Source of the DNA: Clostridiales bacterium
GTDB lineage: Bacteria; Bacillota; Clostridia; Christensenellales; DTU072
Direction of reading: 5' to 3'
Assembly: GCA_012841525.1 (NCBI GenBank)
Contig: DUUO01000005.1
Span: forward strand, 129,247 to 193,246
Length of the DNA stretch: 64,000 nucleotides
This document shows, piece after piece, positions 30,123 through 37,494 of this stretch. Position 1 is the stretch's first letter; every line of letters begins with the position of its first letter. Both the position numbers and the translations under genes were made by a program. The notes beneath the pieces were generated by a model. That model saw only the letters and a program-made list of their open reading frames with translations. It was not told the DNA's origin and did not search any database.

Positions 30123-31034
30123 TTGAAAATTTTTATTGGTGGTTCAACTGCTACTGGAAAATCTAGTATTGCAAACTTAATTTCAAAAGAATTTAACGGT
30201 GAAATCTTATCTTGTGATGCTTCACAAGTATATAAATATATGGATATCGGAACCGACAAAAAAAAAGAACTTGAAACGAAGCAACATTTGATTGATATTG
30301 TAAACCCAGATCAAAATTTCACAGTTGTAGAGTATAAATACTATGCTGATATAGTGTTAAATGATTTAAACAAATCTAAAATAAATCCAATTATTGCTGG
30401 TGGCACTGGATTTTATATGGATGCTTATCTATATGAACAAGAATATGGAAATACACAAATAAATGAACAAGAAATAATACAATCACTTGAATATGATTTA
30501 GAACATAAAGGACCTGATTTTTTATATGATAAATTAAAAACCATTGATCCAATCACAGCAAAAAAAACACATCCTAACAACACTAGAAGAGTAATTAGAT
30601 ATTTAACAATAGCAATTAGTGGGAAAAAACCTTCAGAACTTTCTAAAACATTTAAACTTAATCAAGAAGACTATTGTTTTTTTATTTTAACAGCTTCAAG
30701 AGAACTAATTGACGAAAAAATTCTTAAAAGGGTGCACCATATGATTGATATTGGACTAAAAGATGAAATTGAAAACTTACTTCACTTAGGATATACTTTC
30801 AATCTAAAATCAATGCAAGCCATAGGTTATAAAGAATGGAAAGACTTTTTTTATAAAAATGAAAAAATTGATAATGTTATTGAAAAAATTCATATAAATA
30901 CACGCCAATATGCTAAAAGACAAAGAACTTGGTTCAATAATCAATATAAAAATCTTAAAAATGTATATTATATTGATATAGATGATATGCCTTATGAAAA
31001 AATATCAAACATAATATATAAAACAAAAAAATAA
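30123..31034 (+). CDS. miaA: tRNA dimethylallyltransferase MiaA
   Basis: P-loop GGSTATGKSS and a QRTWF motif. The likely start is the TTG at 30123, 7 nt after AGGAGG; the track ORF starts at 30093 inside mutL. Confidence 0.9.
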   Translation: MKIFIGGSTATGKSSIANLISKEFNGEILSCDASQVYKYMDIGTDKKKELETKQHLIDIVNPDQNFTVVEYKYYADIVLNDLNKSKINPIIAGGTGFYMDAYLYEQEYGNTQINEQEIIQSLEYDLEHKGPDFLYDKLKTIDPITAKKTHPNNTRRVIRYLTIAISGKKPSELSKTFKLNQEDYCFFILTASRELIDEKILKRVHHMIDIGLKDEIENLLHLGYTFNLKSMQAIGYKEWKDFFYKNEKIDNVIEKIHINTRQYAKRQRTWFNNQYKNLKNVYYIDIDDMPYEKISNIIYKTKK

Positions 31035-31068
31035 ATTAATACAATAGTATAGGAAATATGAGAAAAAA

Positions 31069-32280
31069 ATGATCAATAATATAGAAAAAAATCTTAAAGA
31101 TATCTTTGAAGCTATAGATGATATAGCACTTTATAATTCTAATAAAGTTCTAAACGCATTTAAAAAAAATAGGGTTTCTACACAACATTTCGTTCCAACA
31201 ACTGGTTATGGATATGATGATTTAGGTAGAGACACTTTATGCAAGTTAATTGCAGATATTTTTTCAACTGAAGCAGCAATATTTTCACCTTTAATAAGTT
31301 CTGGAACACATGCATTATATATTGCTTTAAGTGGACTTTTAAGACCAAAGGATGCTTTTTTATGTATTGGAAAACCATATGACACACTGAATGATGTGAT
31401 TTTTGGCAAAAATAATAATTCCTTAAAAGATTTTGAAATTAATTGTGAAATCATAGAAACAGATAACAACAAATTTGATTTTGAAAAAATAAAACAAGAA
31501 TTAAACATAAACAAACCTAAACTAGTATTAATCACGAGATCAAGTGGCTATTCATGGCGTGAAGCACTGAAATTAAGTGAAATAAGTCAATTAATTAGTT
31601 ATATAAGAGATAATAGCTCTAAAGATGTAATTATACTCGTAGATAATTGTTATGGCGAATTTGTATCAAAATATGAGCCAACTGAAGTTGGTGCCGATGT
31701 AATTGTTGGATCCTTTATTAAAAATATTGGTGGTGGTATTGCTCCAACTGGCGCTTATATTGCAGGAAAAGAAAAATTAATTGAAAACATAGCAAATAGA
31801 TTTATTGCGCCTTCAATAGGAATGGAAATTGGCTCATATAATGCTTCATATGTTCCTTTTTTTCAAGGATTATTTTTAGCGCCAACTGTTGTAAAAAATG
31901 CATTAAAAAGCTCAATTATATTCGGATACGCATTTGAACAATTAGGATATGAAACATTGCCTAAAATTAACTTAAACAACTTCCCAAGTGATATTATAAG
32001 AGCAATTAAGTTTGAATCTAAGGAGAAATTAATAAAATTTGTGCAAGAAATTCAAAAAAATTCACCAATTGACAGTTTTGTAACACCAGAACCTTGGGCT
32101 ATGCCTGGTTATTTGCACGAAGTAATTATGGCATCAGGTTCATTTACACAAGGATCTTCAATTGAACTTTCAGCTGACGCACCGATCAAACCTCCGTATA
32201 TTGCATACTTACAAGGAAGTTTGACATACGAACATGCTATAATTGCATTAAATTCAATATTAGAAAAATTTAATGACTAA
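31069..32280 (+). CDS. PLP-dependent enzyme of the methionine-gamma-lyase-like YnbB ('aluminium resistance protein') family
   Basis: 403 aa with a Cys/Met-metabolism PLP fold and putative PLP-Lys in GSFIKNIGGG. Its position after mutS-mutL-miaA matches Clostridia/Bacillus ynbB. Confidence 0.6.
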   Translation: MINNIEKNLKDIFEAIDDIALYNSNKVLNAFKKNRVSTQHFVPTTGYGYDDLGRDTLCKLIADIFSTEAAIFSPLISSGTHALYIALSGLLRPKDAFLCIGKPYDTLNDVIFGKNNNSLKDFEINCEIIETDNNKFDFEKIKQELNINKPKLVLITRSSGYSWREALKLSEISQLISYIRDNSSKDVIILVDNCYGEFVSKYEPTEVGADVIVGSFIKNIGGGIAPTGAYIAGKEKLIENIANRFIAPSIGMEIGSYNASYVPFFQGLFLAPTVVKNALKSSIIFGYAFEQLGYETLPKINLNNFPSDIIRAIKFESKEKLIKFVQEIQKNSPIDSFVTPEPWAMPGYLHEVIMASGSFTQGSSIELSADAPIKPPYIAYLQGSLTYEHAIIALNSILEKFND

Positions 32281-32481
32281 AATACAAAAATTAGTATTGC
32301 ATAATTACAAGAAAGTTTGACATCGAACATTCTATTACAGTAAATCCAACATTAGAAAAATTTAATGACTAAAACGACAAAATTAATATTGCATAATTAC
32401 AAGAAAGTTTAACAAACCAACATTCCATAATTTCAAAAAATTCAACTTTAAAAAATTTAATTACAAAACGCCAAAATTAAA
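32200..32481 (+). repeat. Tandem array (period about 92-96 bp) of progressively decayed copies of the 3' end of the preceding gene
   Basis: Copy A is 32200-32280, the functional gene end (ATTGCATACTTACAAGGAAGTTTGACA...AAATTTAATGACTAA). Copy B is 32296-32372 and copy C is 32388-32467. Their spacers are related (AATACAAAAATTAGT / AACGACAAAATTAAT / ACGCCAAAATTAAA). A fourth, very degenerate copy is possible at 32482-32575. Confidence 0.8.
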
Positions 32482-32641
32482 ATTTTATAATTTTTAAAAT
32501 AAAAAAATTAGCATGATATTATAAAATAAATATTAAAAATTAAAATATTATTTAGAAAAAATGAAAAAATATAAAAAGTCTAAAAATGTATCTAAACTTT
32601 AGAAAAACCTCATTTTTAACCCGCCCCGATGATAATCTTTT

Positions 32642-32696
32642 CGCATAATCTGTGTTTTACGAACAGTTACAGCCGTAAGAATCATTGCGTTTTTTG
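32642..32696 (+). terminator. Candidate intrinsic terminator for the mutS-mutL-miaA-PLP enzyme operon
   Basis: An outer helix pairs CGCA (32642-32645) with TGCG (32686-32689). It encloses an inner hairpin of 7 pairs (5 Watson-Crick plus 1 G-U and 1 A-U) pairing 32655-32661 with 32674-32680, followed by T6 (32690-32695). The structure is imperfect. Confidence 0.35.
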
Positions 32697-32788
32697 GTGT
32701 TCCCTATTTCAATTTTTTATTTCTGTGTTTAACTTTATTAAAATTTCAATTTGAATTTTTCAATGATAATTGATAAAATAATTATGTT

Positions 32789-33865
32789 ATGTCCAAGCAA
32801 AATAACTATTTTGATGAAAGAAATTTAAAAACCTATGAAAGGTTTGAAAAAATCGTTGAAGAAGATCTACCCTATTTTTGTATCGAGTTCTTTAACGCCA
32901 TTGATACGCAAACAACTTATTTAACTAAACTTAATTATGCTATGGACCTTGCAATTTTTTTTGATTTTTTAATACATAAGCACAAAGACTTTAAAGGACT
33001 ACTACCAATTGATATAGAAATTGAACAATTAAACTCAATTGCTGCTACAGATATTGAATATTTTCTTAGATATCTTTCATTTTATAAATATAAAGGCGTT
33101 CAAAGAAAAAACTCTGATAGATCAAAAGCTCGGAAATTAAGTACAATTAAATCACTTTTTTCTCATTTTTATTCTAGAGACAAGTTAAAAGAAAACGTAA
33201 CAACTAAGGTTAAATCACCTAAAATTAGATCTAAACCTATTATAAGGCTTGAAGATAACGAAGTTAATCAACTTTTAAAAAATATTGAAAGTGAAAATGC
33301 CTTAAACAGCAAATTTCAAAATTCTTATAATAAAAAATTAAGTTTTAGAGATTATACAATTATAACCCTAATTCTAAACACTGGAATTAGAATTAGTGAA
33401 TGCGTTGGACTAGATATTGATGATATTGACTTAAGCAATAATTCGTTTTCTGTTACAAGAAAAGGTGGCAATATTGCACAATTATATTATTCTAATGATA
33501 TAAAAGATCTTCTTGAACTATATTTAGAGCATAGAAATAATGTTATAGCAAAAAATAGAGAAATCGATCCAAAAGATGCTAATGCCCTATTTATATCTTT
33601 ACAAGGAAAAAGATTAGGCGTTCGTTCTATTCAAAATATAGTTAAAAAATATGCAAAAACAGCGGCACCTCTTAAAAACATATCTCCACATAAATTAAGA
33701 GCAACCTTTGGAACAGCATTATATAATGCAACTGGCGACATATATGTAGTTGCAGAAGTTTTAGGGCATAAAGATATTAATACTACAAAAGAATATTATG
33801 CAGCGACCTCAGAAAAAATCAAAAAAGATGCCGTATCATCATTTTCATATGAAAAAAACAATTAA
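32789..33865 (+). CDS. Tyrosine recombinase (XerC/XerD-like phage-integrase family)
   Basis: 358 aa. N-terminal SAM-like core-binding domain and a catalytic domain with R (TGIRISE), HKLRATF, LGHKDINTT and a nucleophile Tyr (EYY). No phage or ICE cargo genes are adjacent. Confidence 0.8.
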   Translation: MSKQNNYFDERNLKTYERFEKIVEEDLPYFCIEFFNAIDTQTTYLTKLNYAMDLAIFFDFLIHKHKDFKGLLPIDIEIEQLNSIAATDIEYFLRYLSFYKYKGVQRKNSDRSKARKLSTIKSLFSHFYSRDKLKENVTTKVKSPKIRSKPIIRLEDNEVNQLLKNIESENALNSKFQNSYNKKLSFRDYTIITLILNTGIRISECVGLDIDDIDLSNNSFSVTRKGGNIAQLYYSNDIKDLLELYLEHRNNVIAKNREIDPKDANALFISLQGKRLGVRSIQNIVKKYAKTAAPLKNISPHKLRATFGTALYNATGDIYVVAEVLGHKDINTTKEYYAATSEKIKKDAVSSFSYEKNN

Positions 33866-34000
33866 AGCAAAGAATGCTACACTATTGCATATTTTATATT
33901 TATTGTTTTATTTTTTTGCTTATTTTAGAATAAAAAATCATTTCTTTACTATTTTTTTACACTGTGATAAAATTTAATAAATAAAGGTTTCGAGTCTAAA

Positions 34001-34630
34001 ATGAAAAAGTTAAATCCTGAATTAACAGAGCTTTATAATTTTTTAACTGAGTTTATTAATATGCATGGATTTGCTCCTTCGTATAGAGAAATACAGTCTG
34101 CTTTAGGATATAAATCAATTTCAATGGTTAAACCTAAATTGTTAGAACTCGAACAACTAGATAAAATTAAAATCAATAATTACAAAAGTAGAGCTATAGA
34201 AATAAAAACCTTAAAAAACGACACTCCTAAGCATGCTGATTGTATTACATTTGAAAATATAAATGAATGTTCTGCAATAAAAGACTTTCAATATCATAGT
34301 GTTTCAATATCAAAAACCCTACTACCGAGCATTAACTCTCATAGTAATTGCTTTGTGCTTAAAATGATTGGCTCAAGCATGACAGATGCAGGCATTAATG
34401 ATGGAGATTTCGTTTTAATTAAAAGTCAAAATACTGCTAAAACAAATGATATTGTTTATGCATTAATAGAAGATGAATTTACAACAATAAAAAAATACAT
34501 AAAAAAAGGAGAAAAGATAACACTTTTACCTGAAAATAAGAGCATGAAAGCGATTTTTCCGAAAAAAATAGAGATTTTAGGCGTGATTGTTGGTTGTCTT
34601 AAATTAAGTTTTAATAATGGCAAAAATTAA
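34001..34630 (+). CDS. lexA: LexA-like S24 repressor (divergent)
   Basis: 209 aa. N-terminal LexA wHTH (GFAPSYREIQSALGYKSISMVKPKLLELEQL) and an S24 domain with Ser (IGSSM) and Lys (TTIKKY). No Ala-Gly was recognised at the expected cleavage position. Confidence 0.75.
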   Translation: MKKLNPELTELYNFLTEFINMHGFAPSYREIQSALGYKSISMVKPKLLELEQLDKIKINNYKSRAIEIKTLKNDTPKHADCITFENINECSAIKDFQYHSVSISKTLLPSINSHSNCFVLKMIGSSMTDAGINDGDFVLIKSQNTAKTNDIVYALIEDEFTTIKKYIKKGEKITLLPENKSMKAIFPKKIEILGVIVGCLKLSFNNGKN

Positions 34631-36050
34631 TCAAGATTTATTCAGAGGTCATGTAGATACTATTGTTTTGAAGGCTTTATCAACAGAGCCCAAATATGGC
34701 TATGAAATTTTATCAATAATCAGCGAAACCTCTAAAGATGTATACAACATTAAACAATCTACCCTTTACAGCATATTGAAGCGATTAGAGAAAAATGGGC
34801 TTATATCTTCATACCTTGGAGATGAAAGTATGGGTGGCAGAAGAAGATATTATGCTTTGACCGATGATGGTAGATTATATTTAGAAAAAGAGCAATCCGA
34901 CTGGGAATTTTCGCGCACCCTACTTGATGTACTTGTAAGTGACAAACAAGTCCCTTTAGAATCAATAAAACAAACATATAATCCTAGTGAGCTTAGTCCA
35001 TTGACAAAAAGAAACAAATCAATTGATGAAGAAAGTTACTATGAGTTATTAGAAGCAAAAGAAGAAACATCAAAAAATCAAACAATCGAAAGCGAAAATA
35101 AAATAAGCGATGCAGAAGACACTTCAACAAATGATACAATTGCAGAAAATGAATCAAACAACTATGTAGATGAAAACAACGAAGAAGATATAGATTCTGA
35201 TAACTTGAATGAAAATGAAGCAACAGAAGATTCAAAAGATATTTCGCATGCCCTAAAATCTCTAAAACTTGGAGAATATGCCACAGAAGATGCTAGCATT
35301 ATTATTGAACCTATATTAAAGAGTATCAATAAAAACACATCCGAATTTGTGCAAAATGCTGAATCAAATGATCAGGTGATATCTCAAAATGACCAAAATA
35401 ATGAAAATATTAATTATAAAGATGAGTTAGAACAATTATTTAACAAAAAGAAAGAGCATCAAAATGAAAGCAAAACAAGATTCCAAGAAGAATCTTTAAG
35501 ATTAGAAGAAAACCCTCACAGGGTTCAACATTTTAATGATTTAAAGCAAAGTTTATTGCTAGAAGGCTACAGATTAAAACCTTACAATAAATTTGATTCA
35601 TTAAATTATTACTATATGAAATACATATACTCAAATAAACTCATGAGAGATACATCTTATATAGTTTCGATGCTATTTTTTATATTTTCATTATTTATAA
35701 CTATTTTTAGCAAGCAAATTGGAATTAATATTATAGGGCCATTGATTATGACTATAATTTTTTCATTATACCCTATAGTTACAACTATAATTTGGAATAT
35801 ACATCCTACAAAAAGAATAAAAGCTAAATACAATTTAACTCTATCGTTAATAAAAACTTCAATTATAATTTTACTAACAATTTCTATTACTGTTATAGTG
35901 CATATAATTTCTGGAGATATTACATATGAGGGTAAAAAATTTAGATTTTATTTGCCAATAATATATTCTCTGTTTTTCCCTATATACACAATAATATATT
36001 ATTCGCTTTTCAGAACAACAAAATATCACCTTTCAAAAAACAATAAATAG
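34617..36050 (+). CDS. PadR-family wHTH regulator fused to an acidic linker and a C-terminal 4-TM membrane domain
   Basis: 477 aa. The N-terminus FRGHVDTIVLKALSTEPKYGYEIL...STLYSILKRLEKNGLISSY is a PadR signature. Residues from about 130 to 300 are Asp/Glu/Asn-rich, and the last ~140 aa contain four hydrophobic helices. It overlaps lexA by 14 nt. Confidence 0.7.
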   Translation: MAKINQDLFRGHVDTIVLKALSTEPKYGYEILSIISETSKDVYNIKQSTLYSILKRLEKNGLISSYLGDESMGGRRRYYALTDDGRLYLEKEQSDWEFSRTLLDVLVSDKQVPLESIKQTYNPSELSPLTKRNKSIDEESYYELLEAKEETSKNQTIESENKISDAEDTSTNDTIAENESNNYVDENNEEDIDSDNLNENEATEDSKDISHALKSLKLGEYATEDASIIIEPILKSINKNTSEFVQNAESNDQVISQNDQNNENINYKDELEQLFNKKKEHQNESKTRFQEESLRLEENPHRVQHFNDLKQSLLLEGYRLKPYNKFDSLNYYYMKYIYSNKLMRDTSYIVSMLFFIFSLFITIFSKQIGINIIGPLIMTIIFSLYPIVTTIIWNIHPTKRIKAKYNLTLSLIKTSIIILLTISITVIVHIISGDITYEGKKFRFYLPIIYSLFFPIYTIIYYSLFRTTKYHLSKNNK

Positions 36051-36051
36051 T

Positions 36052-36477
36052 TTAATTTAATATTTTTACTGCTTGCTCTTTTGCAATTAAATCACACTTA
36101 TTGTTATATGCATTATCCGAGTGACCTTTTACTTTAACAAAATTAACATTATGAGAGTTTATTTGTTTAATCAGTTCTTGCCATAAATCTGGATTTTTTA
36201 TTTTTTTAAAATTAATTTTTTCCCATTTTTCAATCCAATTTTGATTTATGGCATCAATTAAATATGCACTATCGCTATATAATATAACATTACACTTCTC
36301 TTTTAGTGCCTTAAGCCCTTCAATTGCTGCAGTTAATTCCATACGATTATTTGTTGTTTCTTTTTCTGAACCAGCAATAGTTTTTTCGAACTCATTATAT
36401 ATTAGTATCGCACACCAGCCTCCAGGACCAGGGTTTCCTAAGCATGAACCATCAGTGTATATCTCAACAGTTTTCAT
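36052..36477 (-). CDS. rnhA: Ribonuclease HI
   Basis: 141 aa with IYTDGSCLGNPGPGGW, NNRMEL, SDS and GHSDN..NNKCD catalytic motifs. Confidence 0.9.
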   Translation of the reverse strand: MKTVEIYTDGSCLGNPGPGGWCAILIYNEFEKTIAGSEKETTNNRMELTAAIEGLKALKEKCNVILYSDSAYLIDAINQNWIEKWEKINFKKIKNPDLWQELIKQINSHNVNFVKVKGHSDNAYNNKCDLIAKEQAVKILN

Positions 36478-36488
36478 TTTGCTTTCCT

Positions 36489-37298
36489 TTATAAGTTTCC
36501 ATCAGATAGTTCTTTAGCTCTATCTTTACATTTAACCATTCCTTCATTTATAACAGAAGAAAAATTATCTTGTTTAAATGAATTAATAGCCTCTATTGTA
36601 GTTCCACCTTTACTGCAAACCTTAGTAATAAAATCATCAATATTTTCATTTTTTATGCTCAAATATTCACTAGCACCGATAATAGTTTCTAAAACTATTT
36701 GTCTTGAAGTTTTTGAATCTAATCCCATATTAACTGCTGAATCAATCATTGATTTTGCAAAATATGCAACATATGCTGGGCCACTGCCAGAAATACTTGT
36801 AACAACATCAAACATATTTTCATCAATTTCAATTAACGTTCCACAATTAGCAAATAATAATAAAAATTTATTTAGATATATATTTTTTTTGTTATGACAA
36901 TATGCTATAACTCCTTTCCCGATTAAAACTGGTAAGTTTGGCATTAAACGAATCACTTCAATATCACTAAATCTTTTTTCAATTGTTTCAATTTTGATCC
37001 CTGCCATAATTGTTATAATTGTATTACATTGAAATTTTTCAATATTTTTAATTACATCAAAATATTGTTGTGGTTTCACAGCAATGACTACTGTTTTGCA
37101 CTCTAAAAAAACATCAGAAACATTTTTTGCGACATTTACACCCAAACTTTTAAATTTATTTAATTTTGCGTTGTCAAGATCATAAATTAAAACTTTTTTT
37201 GCTTCTAAATTTTCTTTTTTATTTGGAGCATTATAAATTATTTTTTCTAAAATTGCTCCCCCCATAACTCCAACACCTACAAAACCTATCTCATACAT
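36489..37298 (-). CDS. proC: Pyrroline-5-carboxylate reductase
   Basis: 269 aa. N-terminal Rossmann motif GFVGVGVMGGAI, then SGSGPAY, and the C-terminal dimerisation motif SKGGTT. Confidence 0.85.
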   Translation of the reverse strand: MYEIGFVGVGVMGGAILEKIIYNAPNKKENLEAKKVLIYDLDNAKLNKFKSLGVNVAKNVSDVFLECKTVVIAVKPQQYFDVIKNIEKFQCNTIITIMAGIKIETIEKRFSDIEVIRLMPNLPVLIGKGVIAYCHNKKNIYLNKFLLLFANCGTLIEIDENMFDVVTSISGSGPAYVAYFAKSMIDSAVNMGLDSKTSRQIVLETIIGASEYLSIKNENIDDFITKVCSKGGTTIEAINSFKQDNFSSVINEGMVKCKDRAKELSDGNL

Positions 37299-37370
37299 AA
37301 AAAACTCCTAACTATACTAATTATTGTATTGACTTAAAAATAATTTTAATATAAAATTAAGTAGAATTCA

Positions 37371-37446
<76 letters not shown>

Positions 37447-37460
37447 AATTACATTTATTA

Positions 37461-37487
37461 AAAAACCCTCTATCAAGAGGGTTTTTA
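37461..37487. terminator. Bidirectional rho-independent terminator (tRNA-Trp on +, ispH::S1 on -)
   Basis: Hairpin CCCTCT-ATCA-AGAGGG (37466-37481) flanked by an A5 run and a T5 run. Confidence 0.7.
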
Positions 37488-37494
37488 TGTTTTT

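Noticed and set aside
32629-32760. 43-codon Cys-rich ORF (MIIFSHNLCFTNSYSRKNHCVFWC...) spanning the GC-rich patch
   Set aside because: It has no SD upstream, overlaps the terminator-like hairpin and has a hydrophobic, junk-like C-terminus. It is probably a chance ORF.
32789-33865. Tyrosine recombinase as the integrase of a prophage, ICE or genomic island
   Set aside because: The flanking genes are core (PLP enzyme, lexA, rnhA, proC). There are no excisionase, replication, capsid or conjugation genes and no matching attR within the window. I recall similar recombinase-lexA adjacency in Clostridia, so it may be a resident Xer-like gene. I kept only the repeat observation as a finding.
36048-36054. 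Convergent PadR-TM and rnhA genes whose stop codons are 1 nt apart, with no terminator
   Set aside because: This is real but common in compact genomes. There is no structure or motif to interpret beyond possible transcriptional interference.
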